NCBI GenBank assembly: GCA_964563165.1
Contig: CAZLWA010000048.1
Location: forward strand, 10,086 to 74,085
DNA length: 64,000 bases
From: an uncultured Bacteroidota bacterium
Lineage (GTDB): Bacteria; CLD3; SB21
Reading direction: 5' to 3'
In this document: one piece after another, positions 8,854-19,096 of the stretch
How the letters are laid out: each line of letters begins with the position of its first letter
How positions within the stretch are numbered: position 1 is the first letter of the stretch
Made by a program: the position numbers and the translations under genes
Notes under the pieces: generated by a model
The model's database searches: none
What the model was told of the DNA's origin: nothing
The model's input: the letters and a program-made list of their open reading frames with translations, nothing else

Positions 8854-11064
8854 TTATAGATTTTTCATCCAGAATTCGATCATGGTGTTGTACAAATGAA
8901 TATTCGCCGGCCGGTCAATGAAACCGTGTTTACGCATCGGGTAGATCATCAGATCAAATTGAATATTCGCTTTGATCAGTTCATTCATAAAATCCTGCGA
9001 GTTTTGCGGATGCACGTTGTCGTCATACGTTCCGTGGACCATAAGAAGACGGCCGTGCAGATCCTTCGCATATTGATTCAGATTCATCTTTGCATAGCCG
9101 TCAGGATTCTCCTGCGGCGTTTTCATGGTAATTTCAGCGTATTTGGTATCGTAATATTCAAAAGTCGTCACCGGCGCTCCGGCAATACCCGCTTTGAATT
9201 CCTTCGAACGCGTCATGGCAAGCAACGTAAACGTTCCGCCTCCGCTCCAGCCGTACACCCCGATCCGTTCCGGATCGACATACGATTGGCGCTTCAGCCA
9301 ATGAGCGGCATCGACGAGGTCATTGAGTTCGCCGTCGCTTGATTGCTGCTTGTACACGGTTCTCTCCAGCGTTTTGCTGATTCCCGTTGCGCTGCGGTTA
9401 TCGACTTGCAGAACGATGTAGCCCTTGTTCAAAAGAATGTTGTGAAACCAAAAACGCTGGCCGCCCCAGGAATTGGAAACCGTAGGAGCGCCGGGGCCGC
9501 CATAGACATGAATGATAACCGGATATTTCTTATTCAGATCGAAATTTTTCGGCTTAAGAACAGCCGCCGGCATCATAAAGCCGTCGCGCGTAGGGATCGA
9601 AAAATATTCCGGGAACTGCAGCCCGTACGGCGCCAGTAACTCCTGCCGCGGTGCGGCGATCGTACTTACCAGCTTTCCGTCATTCCTGCGCAGGGAGACC
9701 GCGGGCATGGTCTTTCCGTTCGAAAAATTTTCCACATAATACTGTCCACCCGGACCGAGCGTTGCCTGGTGTTTGCCGTCTTCCTGCGAAAGACGCTGCA
9801 TTTTTTTTCCGTCCAGCTGAATGCGGTAGACTTGCCGCTCGATCGAAGATTTTTCCAGCGCTTCGAAATAGAGCAGGTCATTTTTTTCATCCAGACCGAT
9901 GATCCCGCCTGCGCGGTGAAGTCCGGAGAGGCACACGGACCAATTGCCCTGGGTGATCTGATTGATGAGCTTACCGTTCATGTCGTAACGGTACAAATGC
10001 GTGTACCCGCTGCGTTGGGAAGACCAGATAAACTGTTTTCCATTTTTCAAAAAATACAGATCGTCATTTTCCTTCACCCACATGGGATCTGATTCTTTGA
10101 GGATAAGGGACGGCTTACCCGTGACGGCATCCACGAAATATAAATTCACTTCCGTTTGCGCGCGATTCATGGTTTGCACGCTCACACTCTTTCCGTCGGG
10201 GAGCCATTTGACTCGAACAATATACTCGTATGGAATTCCCGCAAAATCAGCCCACGTAATTTTTCCAGAACTGAGATTGACGATGCCCACTTTGATCGAG
10301 GGATTGACGCCTCCGACCTTAGGATAGCGCTGCCTAATGATGCGGGGCACGGCAGGTTTGAAATCAGAAAATTCGACGACGCTCACTTTGGATTCGTCGG
10401 TCTGAAAAAACGCGAGGGACTTTGCATCCGGCGACCACCAATAGGCCAGGTCGTGGCGGTCAAAAACTTCTTCCCAATAGACCCAGGACAGCGTACCGTT
10501 GAGGAGAGTTTCCGAACCGTTGCTCGTGAGCTGCTTTTCGGATTTGGCTGCGAGGTCATATTCAAACAGATTATTGTTGCGAACGTAAGCCACGTTCCGG
10601 CCGTCCGGGGAAAACCGGGGTAACTTCTCTTCATCCGGCGTTTGCGTCAGGCGAATGAATTGCGCCGAAGCCAGTTCCAAAACGAAGATATCATTGCCAA
10701 ATTCATATAACGCCCGGATGCCGCCGTCATCAAACGCTTCCGGCCACGACAGTTCGTCCGGCATACTTTCTTTGCCCAAAAGCGTCTGAAGATTTTCCAT
10801 CGCTTTTCTCATATCCAAAACCGGAATGCGCTGGCCGTTTGCTGGATTCAATTTTTCAAACGTTCTTTCTTCCTTTGATTTGAGTGAATCGAATAGAAGT
10901 AAACTGCCGTCCTTCGTCCACACGTATTCCGGTACTGCAGCCAGGCGCATTGATTCCCCGGAGTATACCCACTCGACGGTGACCCCTTGTTTTTCCTGCG
11001 CGCGGGCACCCATGGCCACCGATGAAAAAACGACCGTCAGTAGAGCTCGTTTAAACATGTTCAT
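8854..11064 (-). CDS. S9-family serine peptidase (dipeptidyl-peptidase IV / prolyl tripeptidyl peptidase-like) with a signal peptide
   Basis: 736 aa. A DPP-IV-type beta-propeller N-terminal region, a catalytic GWSGGG motif, and a signal peptide MNMFKRALLTVVFSSVAMGARAQ. Confidence 0.85.
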   Translation of the reverse strand: MNMFKRALLTVVFSSVAMGARAQEKQGVTVEWVYSGESMRLAAVPEYVWTKDGSLLLFDSLKSKEERTFEKLNPANGQRIPVLDMRKAMENLQTLLGKESMPDELSWPEAFDDGGIRALYEFGNDIFVLELASAQFIRLTQTPDEEKLPRFSPDGRNVAYVRNNNLFEYDLAAKSEKQLTSNGSETLLNGTLSWVYWEEVFDRHDLAYWWSPDAKSLAFFQTDESKVSVVEFSDFKPAVPRIIRQRYPKVGGVNPSIKVGIVNLSSGKITWADFAGIPYEYIVRVKWLPDGKSVSVQTMNRAQTEVNLYFVDAVTGKPSLILKESDPMWVKENDDLYFLKNGKQFIWSSQRSGYTHLYRYDMNGKLINQITQGNWSVCLSGLHRAGGIIGLDEKNDLLYFEALEKSSIERQVYRIQLDGKKMQRLSQEDGKHQATLGPGGQYYVENFSNGKTMPAVSLRRNDGKLVSTIAAPRQELLAPYGLQFPEYFSIPTRDGFMMPAAVLKPKNFDLNKKYPVIIHVYGGPGAPTVSNSWGGQRFWFHNILLNKGYIVLQVDNRSATGISKTLERTVYKQQSSDGELNDLVDAAHWLKRQSYVDPERIGVYGWSGGGTFTLLAMTRSKEFKAGIAGAPVTTFEYYDTKYAEITMKTPQENPDGYAKMNLNQYAKDLHGRLLMVHGTYDDNVHPQNSQDFMNELIKANIQFDLMIYPMRKHGFIDRPANIHLYNTMIEFWMKNL

Positions 11065-11101
11065 GACACGTCCTCTATTTGTTATTCTGAAATTGTAAAT
11101 T

Positions 11102-11854
11102 TTATTTCTTGTTTTCAGTGATGGCCCTCTTTAGCTTACTCCGGCGTTTTCCGCGAAGGGTCCCGTTCGTTGCCATGGCGGGCCCCAGAAGCCAATAAGT
11201 CATCCCCGCCCATCCCGCCGAATCAAACGCCCAAAGCACGAGCAGCGAAAGAACAGCTATCATGATATAAATAATAAGGACGGCTATTTCCGTTCGCGTG
11301 TCAAAAATCTCCAGTTCATTGAGCTCCAGGATTTTCCGCTTCCGGTATGCGTGTCCGTATAGTAAAAGAAAAACGAGGAACACCGCGATAAACCCGAGGC
11401 TGTAGATCACCATCATTTGAGCGGGTTGCCCTGCTTCCATGACGCGCCGGACCGTCCCATCCGCCAGCGTAACGTCCTGACTAATTCCCATGATTCCATT
11501 GAGAATCAGCGTGAAAAGAAATTTCATGGGATAAATATAAAAAAGCACGACAAACAGAAGCACGCCATTCAGCGTAATCGTAAAATTGTCCTGCAATCCG
11601 AATCGCCGGAAAAATGTATAATGAAGGTGCCAGATAGAAAACAGCATGGCGAAGCAGATCCCGAATGCAAAAAAGCCGCGCATCGCGGTCAGAAGCTCTG
11701 TAAAACTTTTCGGTACTTCCAGCGAAACCACTAACAGCGTGACCGCAAACGCGAAAACGGCATCGCTAAAGCCTTCGATACGGCTGACTTCGTGGCCGCG
11801 CCAGCGAAAATCCGCGGCGCCAAAATTGTTTTTAATGAGTTCTTCGCGAATCAT
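11102..11854 (-). CDS. DUF1211/TMEM175-family membrane protein
   Basis: The RxxxFSDAVFAFAVTLLV motif and multiple TM helices. It overlaps the downstream NUDIX ORF by about 23 nt, so the start may be internal. Confidence 0.7.
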   Translation of the reverse strand: MIREELIKNNFGAADFRWRGHEVSRIEGFSDAVFAFAVTLLVVSLEVPKSFTELLTAMRGFFAFGICFAMLFSIWHLHYTFFRRFGLQDNFTITLNGVLLFVVLFYIYPMKFLFTLILNGIMGISQDVTLADGTVRRVMEAGQPAQMMVIYSLGFIAVFLVFLLLYGHAYRKRKILELNELEIFDTRTEIAVLIIYIMIAVLSLLVLWAFDSAGWAGMTYWLLGPAMATNGTLRGKRRSKLKRAITENKK

Positions 11855-12434
11855 ACGTGTTTTCTTTCACGGCAGTGTTTTGACCTGACGTCTTTCTCAC
11901 CATGCGCATCATGGATTCGTCGGTCGTGTATTCTGAAACTTTTTCCAAAGCAATCCATTCTAAATTTTTAGATTCGCCCGATATTTTCAGCGGCGCATCC
12001 TTGTCCGCTTCGAACAGGAATCTAATATCATAATGCAAATGTTTTGGCTCGTTCTTATGCGGTGGAATTTCATGAACGTCCAGATCAAAAATGGCATCCG
12101 AGACCGGAACCATATTTTCCAATCCCGATTCTTCCCGCCCCTCGCGCAGCGCCACCTTCAACACGTCGGGGTCGCCGTCGGCGTGGCCCCCGAGTTGTAG
12201 CCAACGATCCAGCTTGCGATGATGCGTCAACAGTACGTGCGTTCGCCCCCGGTCCAATATCCATGCAGAGCCTGTAATATGTCCTGCCGGCAAGGATCGC
12301 TCAAAACACCGTATTTCCGTACGAACGAAATTTTGAATATGTTCCAGCATTTGCTTTTCGAGTACGTCAGCCGGCCGGTACTGGGAAAGTTGAGTCAAAA
12401 AAACCTGACGGTGCATGAGTAACTCATGATCCAT
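11832..12434 (-). CDS. NUDIX hydrolase
   Basis: A Nudix box-like segment GHADGDPDVLKVALREGREESGLE. Confidence 0.75.
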   Translation of the reverse strand: MDHELLMHRQVFLTQLSQYRPADVLEKQMLEHIQNFVRTEIRCFERSLPAGHITGSAWILDRGRTHVLLTHHRKLDRWLQLGGHADGDPDVLKVALREGREESGLENMVPVSDAIFDLDVHEIPPHKNEPKHLHYDIRFLFEADKDAPLKISGESKNLEWIALEKVSEYTTDESMMRMVRKTSGQNTAVKENTYDSRRTH

Positions 12435-12490
12435 TGTTCTCTATCACGAATTTTTCGGGTTATTGCAGATGTGTTTATTGAGGTTGTCCC

Positions 12491-13774
12491 TTATTCCTGA
12501 AGAACTGGAAATGAAAGCTTGAATGTGGTGCCTTTTCCCGGATCGCTTTCCACTTCGATTTTGCCCTTGTGTTTTTTCATGATTTCCTGCGAGATGGTCA
12601 ATCCCAGCCCGGTTCCTTCCTCGCCGCCTTTGGTTGTAAACCCGGGTTCGAAGATCATTTCAAGATTTTCTTTGGAAATGCCCACGCCGTTATCCCTGAT
12701 ATTTACGACCACATGGCCGTTATGATTCTGTGTGCGGATCCAGACTTCGCCTTTGTCTCCGCTCGCTTGGGCGGCGTTGTTGAGCAGATTGATCATGACC
12801 TGCGATATCGGACCGGGCAAACCCATAATTTTCGGGATTTTGCCAAATTCTTTATGAAATTCCACCTGATGCTTGAACTTAGCTTTCAGCAGCGCCAAGG
12901 CGCGGTCAATTTGCGCGTGCAGGTCAGTCATGACGAATTCCGCATCGTCGAGACGCGAGAAGCCGCGCAAATCCTCTATGATCTCGCTCACTAGATCGCA
13001 GGAATGGTTGATAATATCCACTGCCGATTCGAAGTCGCGAAGCACATCGGCAATACTGACATCGTTCGGAATGCTTTTTTTCAGCTCATCGGTTTTTATT
13101 TTACCGGTGACGAATTTTTGAATGTTTTCCAAGAGAGTTCTTACTTCGGTCCACTCGATCTTGAGCAGTTTCGTGGAATTTCCGATGTTGTTGATAGGAT
13201 TACGAATCTCGTGTGCGATGCTGCCCATGAGTTTTCCAAGCATCGACATTTTTTCGGAACGAATCAATTGCTCCTGCGCGCTCTTCAGCGATTCGTACGC
13301 CTGTTGGATCTGCTTGTTGGCAAGTTCCAGCTCCCGGCTTTGGAAATAGAAATCCACGCCCCGCTTAATGATGATCCTCAGATCGTCCGCTTCGAAAGGC
13401 TTCGTCACGTATTGAAATACGCGTCCTGCGTTGATGGATTCGATAAGATCTTTTACGTCCGTGTATCCGGTAAGTATGATGCGAATGCAATCCGGATTGA
13501 TATTAATCGAGCGATTGAGAAACTCCGTTCCGGTCATCACCGGCATGCGTTGATCCGAAACGATCAATGCGATTTCGGGAGTGGCCTGAAGAATATCCAG
13601 GGCGGCCTTTCCGCTGGATGCCGCGTGGACAATATAATCCTCACCCAGAATGCGCGAAAGCACCTTCAGCACATTCTCCTCGTCATCCACGATTAAAATC
13701 TGCACTTTGGATTCAGGAACCGAAGCTTGTTCATCCAGGACTTGCTGGTCGCTCGTTGGAAGCCTTTTCAGCAT
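12491..13774 (-). CDS. Hybrid two-component protein: N-terminal receiver domain followed by HisKA and HATPase kinase domains
   Basis: The receiver has ILIVDDEENV and a phospho-acceptor Asp. The H-box is HEIRNPINNI. G-boxes are DNGVGI and GTGLGL. Confidence 0.85.
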   Translation of the reverse strand: MLKRLPTSDQQVLDEQASVPESKVQILIVDDEENVLKVLSRILGEDYIVHAASSGKAALDILQATPEIALIVSDQRMPVMTGTEFLNRSININPDCIRIILTGYTDVKDLIESINAGRVFQYVTKPFEADDLRIIIKRGVDFYFQSRELELANKQIQQAYESLKSAQEQLIRSEKMSMLGKLMGSIAHEIRNPINNIGNSTKLLKIEWTEVRTLLENIQKFVTGKIKTDELKKSIPNDVSIADVLRDFESAVDIINHSCDLVSEIIEDLRGFSRLDDAEFVMTDLHAQIDRALALLKAKFKHQVEFHKEFGKIPKIMGLPGPISQVMINLLNNAAQASGDKGEVWIRTQNHNGHVVVNIRDNGVGISKENLEMIFEPGFTTKGGEEGTGLGLTISQEIMKKHKGKIEVESDPGKGTTFKLSFPVLQE

Positions 13775-13845
13775 GAACGGTTACACTTTTTTTTCAGGAC
13801 CATGTATCTGTTAATGGTCAATACTAACAAAAACGCTCGTTTAAA

Positions 13846-14655
13846 TCAAGCATGAACTTTCCACCGCCGATGCTGCCAAAACCATTGTTCCGGATAAAGG
13901 CGTATCGCCGATTCGATTGCGGCGGTATAAGCCTGGGTAAAAGCTTTTCCCGGCTCCAGACGCTCGATCCAAAAGCGGTGGCCGTATTTCCTCTCGCGTG
14001 AGGCCAGACAGATATACCCAGGCAGATTAAATTTTTTCGCCAGAAATTCCGGCCCCGCGGCGGCAAAACAATCCCGCCCGAAGAATGTGACCGGAACGGC
14101 ATTATTTCCAAAGTCCTGATCGGCCAGCAGGGCCAGGCAATATTTTTCTCTAACGCATTGCACCAGCGCCGCGGGATCGTCGTCGTATATCACTTTCATA
14201 CCTGCCCGTTCGCGCTGTTCGTTAATCAACCGATCTACCATTCTGTTCCTTTGCCTTCGGACGATCACCGCAAGCTTTATTTTTCTTTCAACCAAGACCT
14301 TACCCATCAGTTCCCAATTGCCTAAATGCGCCGAAATGAAAATAGCCCCGCCGGAAATGTCTTTAAAAAAATCCGGCGGTAATTCCAAACGGTAATCGCC
14401 GGGTTCGCTCAGCCGGATCCGGCTCAGCAGCAGCAATTCAAAAAACGTCCGCCCCAGGTTTTGATAGGATAGATAAAGAATTTTCTTATCATGGAATTTC
14501 ATGCCGCTGTGAAGTAAGTTGTCTGCCGCGACGGCTCTGCGAATCCCGGCTGCGTAAAATAGCGCTCCGACGCATGCGCCCGCATCCGAAATCTTTGGAT
14601 ACGGGAACCGTGATAGAATTTTTTGGATCGCCCTGAGCCCATACTCTATGAACAT
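13846..14655 (-). CDS. Lipid A biosynthesis lauroyl/myristoyl acyltransferase-like (LPLAT family)
   Basis: 269-aa LpxL/HtrB-like acyltransferase with an HLGNWE motif. Confidence 0.7.
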   Translation of the reverse strand: MFIEYGLRAIQKILSRFPYPKISDAGACVGALFYAAGIRRAVAADNLLHSGMKFHDKKILYLSYQNLGRTFFELLLLSRIRLSEPGDYRLELPPDFFKDISGGAIFISAHLGNWELMGKVLVERKIKLAVIVRRQRNRMVDRLINEQRERAGMKVIYDDDPAALVQCVREKYCLALLADQDFGNNAVPVTFFGRDCFAAAGPEFLAKKFNLPGYICLASRERKYGHRFWIERLEPGKAFTQAYTAAIESAIRLYPEQWFWQHRRWKVHA

Positions 14656-15107
14656 TACTTTTGCCCCAGCGCCTGTTGCGCCAATGCGTCTACGCGCTCA
14701 TTCCAGTGCACCCCGGCGTGGCCTTTCACTTTTTCAAAGCGGATGTCGTGCCTCCGGCATTGCTCCAGGATCATTTGCCAAAGCGTTTGATTCTTAACCG
14801 GTTTTTTATCTTTCGTGCGCCAACCGCTGCGCTGCCAGCGGTCGATCCAGTTTTGATTGAACGCGTTGACAATATACGCGCTATCGGAATGAAGCGTCAC
14901 GCTGCATTTTTTCTTCAAACATTTCAAGGCCTCCGCCACCGCACTGAGTTCCATCCGATTGTTGGTCGTGTTCTCTTCCACGCCGGAGATTTCTTTGACC
15001 GTTTGCTCTCCTCCGGATTCGAAGAGGAGAACGGCTGCCCACGAACCTTGCCCGGGATTTCCTTTGCAGGCCCCGTCGGTATAAATGGTTACATGCGGAG
15101 AATTCAT
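14655..15107 (-). CDS. rnhA: Ribonuclease HI
   Basis: 150 aa with the RNase H catalytic residues in context (IYTDGACKGNPG, SAVAEAL, HAGVHWNERVD). Confidence 0.9.
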   Translation of the reverse strand: MNSPHVTIYTDGACKGNPGQGSWAAVLLFESGGEQTVKEISGVEENTTNNRMELSAVAEALKCLKKKCSVTLHSDSAYIVNAFNQNWIDRWQRSGWRTKDKKPVKNQTLWQMILEQCRRHDIRFEKVKGHAGVHWNERVDALAQQALGQK

Positions 15108-15901
15108 TTCTGTGTCCCTTTTCCCGCAGACGCCGGGATCAATGAAGTGCCGGAGCTTGCGGCATTGTGCGGTTCAATTTCGGGTTCGGTAAATTCGATT
15201 GCAAATTGCTCGGCGAAAGCCTCTTTCAGAGCGGCCTTTAGCGATTCGACTTCAAGGGTCTTGATTTGATCGGTTTCAATTGTTTTTCTATCGAGCGTTT
15301 CCCTCAGGCGCTGTTTATCTTCTTCGGCGAGGTTCAAAAACTCCGGCAGCCGGCGATGGTTCGATCCGATCAGAATGGAACCGTGTTGTAACACCGCGCC
15401 GGCAAAACGCCTTTGGGCGCTGCCGACGAGTTTTTTACCGGCTACCTGGATTTCATGCCTGGCCGAACTCGTAAAACAGGCCATGGAAGATGCCTGTTGA
15501 TAAACATTTCGGAAATCCGCCTGCGTGGCCGTCATGTCCGCGGGAATACCCAGCTTACGCAGGCCCGCCGTAAGCGCCCGGCCTATCTGACGATGGACAT
15601 CCTCGATGCTTCCTCCTCCATCGCCGCCAAAAATCACGCTGTAAGTCAGCTCCTCCGCATGAAGAATGGCCCGCCCGCCGGTCGGACGGCGAACCACGTC
15701 CACGCATTGGGCCAGGCATCTATCCATGTCAATGTCGGTCAGCGTTTGGTTTTTACCTAGTGAAATACAAAAAGGTTTCCACTGGAAAAAACGGAGCGTC
15801 GGCAACGACCTGCCGGAAGCGGCCTCGCGGGCAAGCTCTTCGTCCAGGTTCATATTAAAAGAGCCGGAATTGAATCCCGTATCCAGGTATAGCCATTTCA
15901 T
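15104..15901 (-). CDS. Lipoate-protein ligase / octanoyltransferase family protein (BPL/LPL catalytic domain)
   Basis: 265 aa with an LplA/LipM-like catalytic domain (RRPTGGRAILH, KKLVGSAQRR). It overlaps rnhA with an ATGA junction. Confidence 0.75.
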   Translation of the reverse strand: MKWLYLDTGFNSGSFNMNLDEELAREAASGRSLPTLRFFQWKPFCISLGKNQTLTDIDMDRCLAQCVDVVRRPTGGRAILHAEELTYSVIFGGDGGGSIEDVHRQIGRALTAGLRKLGIPADMTATQADFRNVYQQASSMACFTSSARHEIQVAGKKLVGSAQRRFAGAVLQHGSILIGSNHRRLPEFLNLAEEDKQRLRETLDRKTIETDQIKTLEVESLKAALKEAFAEQFAIEFTEPEIEPHNAASSGTSLIPASAGKGTQK

Positions 15902-16023
15902 TCGTACTGAAGTATTTAAAGAGGAAAAAACTTGCCTTAAAAAAATTTTATTTATACCTTTCGCACAGGAATAATATAAATATAGAAAAGCGCTTTTTTT
16001 ATTACAAGCTATTTCAGTCGTAC

Positions 16024-16653
16024 TTGAGAAATGCTCTTATGAAGTTCATTCCCAACGTGCTTACGGTTTTGCGGATTCTGGTCACACCGTTGTTCGTTTT
16101 CGCTTTACTCGAAGACGGCTGGCAGGTCTATGCCGTGGTGATTTTTTTAGTGGCTTCGTTGACCGATTGGTATGACGGCTACCTGGCACGCAAGTACGGC
16201 TATTCTTCCGATTGGGGAAAATTTCTGGATCCTCTGGCGGATAAAATTTTAGTGCTCGCCGCGTTTTTTTCTTTTGCGTATTTAGGCGTCGTGAAGCTGT
16301 GGATGGTGATGGTCATTGTCACGCGCGATTTTATCATCACGGGCTTACGCTCGTACGCGATGAGTAAAGACAGACCGATGATCACCAACCTGATCGCCAA
16401 ACTTAAAACCGCGACGCAAATGACCATGATCGTCTTGATCCTGATCGTCATCGCACTGCAATCCATACTGGCGCAATTTGCCCTCAGTGTCAGCGCCCAT
16501 ATCGAACAAACGGTTTCCATCGTCATGAAATATAATGTGATCTATTCCGGCATGCTCATCGTGACCCTGTTGACGACGCTTTCCGGCTGTATCTATCTGT
16601 ATCAAAACCGGGAAAGCCTGCGCCAGCTGAGCAATTTTATTCAATTCAAATAA
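16024..16653 (+). CDS. pgsA: CDP-diacylglycerol--glycerol-3-phosphate 3-phosphatidyltransferase
   Basis: CDP-alcohol phosphatidyltransferase motif DGYLARKYG...DPLADKILV. Confidence 0.85.
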   Translation: MRNALMKFIPNVLTVLRILVTPLFVFALLEDGWQVYAVVIFLVASLTDWYDGYLARKYGYSSDWGKFLDPLADKILVLAAFFSFAYLGVVKLWMVMVIVTRDFIITGLRSYAMSKDRPMITNLIAKLKTATQMTMIVLILIVIALQSILAQFALSVSAHIEQTVSIVMKYNVIYSGMLIVTLLTTLSGCIYLYQNRESLRQLSNFIQFK

Positions 16654-16679
16654 ATTCCTTCCTCTCGCCGGCACCGGCC

Positions 16680-17162
16680 ATGACCATTCACCGCATGACG
16701 ACATTAGCAAAAATAATTGCGACCGGTTTCGGCACGGGTTATTTTCCGATAGCTCCGGGCACGGCGGGAAGCGTGTTGGCGTTAATGCTCTATCAGTTAT
16801 TTTTTCCGCCACAGCCTTCGCTGTTGATTCACGCCATTTTTTTTCTTATAATAGCCGCGGTTTTTTTCGCGGGTGTTTGGGCCGCGGGCCGTGCGGAACA
16901 AATTTACGGCCACGATCCAGCCTGCGTCGTGATTGACGAAGTCGTGGGCATGTGGCTTACGATCGTTTTTCTGCCCAAGACTTGGCTTTGGATGGCCGTC
17001 GGACTAGTTCTTTTCCGCATTCTGGATATTACAAAATGGCTCGGCGCCAACCGTGCACAGAACCTTCGGGGCGGTTGGGGTGTCATGACGGATGATGTGA
17101 TCTCCGGAATATGGGGAAACTTAATGATACAAGTTTTTCTGCGCGTGCGTGAGTCTTATTAA
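16680..17162 (+). CDS. pgpA: Phosphatidylglycerophosphatase A
   Basis: 160-aa PgpA-family protein ([16 protein letters not shown]). Confidence 0.85.
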   Translation: MTIHRMTTLAKIIATGFGTGYFPIAPGTAGSVLALMLYQLFFPPQPSLLIHAIFFLIIAAVFFAGVWAAGRAEQIYGHDPACVVIDEVVGMWLTIVFLPKTWLWMAVGLVLFRILDITKWLGANRAQNLRGGWGVMTDDVISGIWGNLMIQVFLRVRESY

Positions 17163-17185
17163 TCTTACAATTAGGAGAACCTTCG

Positions 17186-18256
17186 ATGAGTATTCTGGTA
17201 GGTAGAAAAACACGCCTGGTCGTGCAGGGCATAACCGGAAAAGAGGGCACATTTCACACCAGTCAGATGACGGAATACGGACCGTACGTTGTTGCCGGCG
17301 TAACGCCGGGTAAAGGCGGTTTGAAGTATAAAGGCAATGAGACGGACAAACTGAAATATGAAGTTCCGGTGTTCAATACCGTTGCCGATGCGGTCAGATC
17401 CGTCAAGGCCAATACGTCGGTGATCTTTGTACCTCCGGCGTTCGCGGCGGATGCGATCATCGAAGCGGCGGAAGCCGGCATCAAGGTGATCATTTGCATC
17501 ACGGAAGGAATTCCGGCCAGCGACATGGTACGCGCTTATGATTATATCAAAGATAAAGACTGCCATTTGGTCGGCCCCAATTGCCCCGGCGTCATCTCCC
17601 CCGGCAAATGCAAAGTCGGCATCATGCCGGCCTTCATTCACAGAGCCGGCCATGTCGGTGTCATTTCGCGTTCAGGAACGCTAACGTATGAAGCGGTGGG
17701 TCAATTGACGGCGCTGCGCATCGGGCAATCCACGTGCCTCGGTATCGGCGGCGATCCCGTGATCGGAACGCGGTTTGTGGACGCCTTTAAGCTATTTGCG
17801 GAGGATGAGGACACGCACGGTATCGTCATGATCGGCGAGATAGGCGGAACGGCAGAAGAAGAAGGAGCGGCGTGGGTGAAAAAAAATTATAAGAAACCGG
17901 TGGTTGCATTTATCGCGGGTCAAACGGCGCCTCCGGGAAGGCGTATGGGTCATGCCGGTGCGATCATCAGCGGCGGCAAAGGCACGGCGGAAGAAAAAAT
18001 GAAAGCATTAAAAGCGGCTGGTATTCACGTGGTGAAAAGCCCGGCGGATATCGGCGTTACGATGGCGCAGGCGCTCGGAATTAAAATCAAGAAGAAAAAA
18101 GAAAAAGCGGAGAAACCGTCAGCCGAAAAACCGAAGAAGCATACCCCAGAGAAGAAAAAACATAAAAACAAAAAAAAGAAGGATAGGAAGAGAAATAAGA
18201 AGAAAGCTAAGAAGAGGAATAAAAAGAAGAGCAAGAAAAAAAATAAGAAGAAATAG
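17186..18256 (+). CDS. sucD: Succinate--CoA ligase alpha subunit with a roughly 65-aa lysine-rich C-terminal tail. No sucC is adjacent.
   Basis: CoA-binding Rossmann domain and catalytic His in MGHAGAI. The tail reads [55 protein letters not shown]. Confidence 0.85.
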   Translation: MSILVGRKTRLVVQGITGKEGTFHTSQMTEYGPYVVAGVTPGKGGLKYKGNETDKLKYEVPVFNTVADAVRSVKANTSVIFVPPAFAADAIIEAAEAGIKVIICITEGIPASDMVRAYDYIKDKDCHLVGPNCPGVISPGKCKVGIMPAFIHRAGHVGVISRSGTLTYEAVGQLTALRIGQSTCLGIGGDPVIGTRFVDAFKLFAEDEDTHGIVMIGEIGGTAEEEGAAWVKKNYKKPVVAFIAGQTAPPGRRMGHAGAIISGGKGTAEEKMKALKAAGIHVVKSPADIGVTMAQALGIKIKKKKEKAEKPSAEKPKKHTPEKKKHKNKKKKDRKRNKKKAKKRNKKKSKKKNKKK

Positions 18257-18283
18257 TTTATTACCCGAGGTTACCGGTTTTCT

Positions 18284-18727
18284 TCAGCGTTTTTTTATTT
18301 TTTCAAGGTGCCTCATTAAGGCTTCGACCCCAAGCACATATACGTCCGTCCCAAACCCGGAAATCTGCCCGATACACGCCGGTGCGATCATAGAATGCTT
18401 GCGGAATTCTTCCCTGGCATAAATATTCGAAAGATGAACTTCCACAACCGGAATTGGAATACCCGCGACGGCGTCGCGCAACGCGATCGAATAATGCGAG
18501 TAGGCGCCCGGATTGAAAACCACTCCGTCATACTTCTTTCGCGCCCCGTGCAGAAAATTGACCAGCTCACCTTCGACATTCGACTGTTTGAGATCCAAAT
18601 GGTTTTTGGAAAATGTTTTTTTCAATTTTCTCGCCAAATCGTCGGGCGTTTCATTTCCATAAACTTCGGGCTCGCGCTCGCCGAGTAAATTCAAATTGGG
18701 TCCGTTGAGAATGAGAATGCGTAACAT
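18284..18727 (-). CDS. aroQ: Type II 3-dehydroquinate dehydratase
   Basis: 147 aa with NGPNLNLLG, ELVNFLH and HLSNIYAREEFR motifs. Confidence 0.9.
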   Translation of the reverse strand: MLRILILNGPNLNLLGEREPEVYGNETPDDLARKLKKTFSKNHLDLKQSNVEGELVNFLHGARKKYDGVVFNPGAYSHYSIALRDAVAGIPIPVVEVHLSNIYAREEFRKHSMIAPACIGQISGFGTDVYVLGVEALMRHLEKIKKR

Positions 18728-18857
18728 AGAAACTTTTCCGGCTTATTTCGATTAGTGTACCCTATTGGACCAAATATATCAATAGATTTTTGTTCGGCTG
18801 ATGCACATAATAACCGTTTGCACGGTTCTATAAATGCTCTTACATTCAATCGTATTG

Positions 18858-18954
18858 GGGGGTATTTGATTGTCTGGTGACGTCCACGGTCTTCAAAACC
18901 GTTGTGTCCCGCCTTCGGGCGGGACAGGTTGGGTTCGACTCCCACATACTCCCG
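18858..18954 (+). tRNA. selC: Candidate tRNA-Sec (anticodon UCA), no encoded CCA
   Basis: An 8-bp acceptor stem (GGGGGTAT/ATACTCCC, one G-U pair). A 5-bp anticodon stem (ACGGT/ACCGT) with loop cTTCAaa, giving anticodon TCA. A long variable arm with a perfect 8-bp stem (GTCCCGCC ttcg GGCGGGAC). A canonical T-loop GGGTTCGACTCCC that closely resembles E. coli selC. The D-arm is imperfect (4 bp), so the call is not certain. Confidence 0.6.
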
Positions 18955-18967
18955 CAAAAAAACAAAA

Positions 18968-18996
18968 GCCCTGAACGTATCAGGGCCTTTGTTGTG
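18968..18996 (+). terminator. Hairpin GCCCTGA-acgta-TCAGGGC followed by a T-rich tract, downstream of the tRNA
   Basis: Read from the sequence. Confidence 0.45.
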
Positions 18997-19096
18997 ACAA
19001 AGCCCGGCCTGTCAACCGGTTTCAGTAATCCTCGCTGCAAACGACGGCACGTCCGCATCGAAGCTTCGCAGCAATCTCTTCTATATATACACTGAG

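Noticed and set aside
18025-18234. A minus-strand 69-aa [15 protein letters not shown]…
   Set aside because: It is antisense to the lysine-codon-rich tail of sucD and composed only of poly-Phe/Leu.
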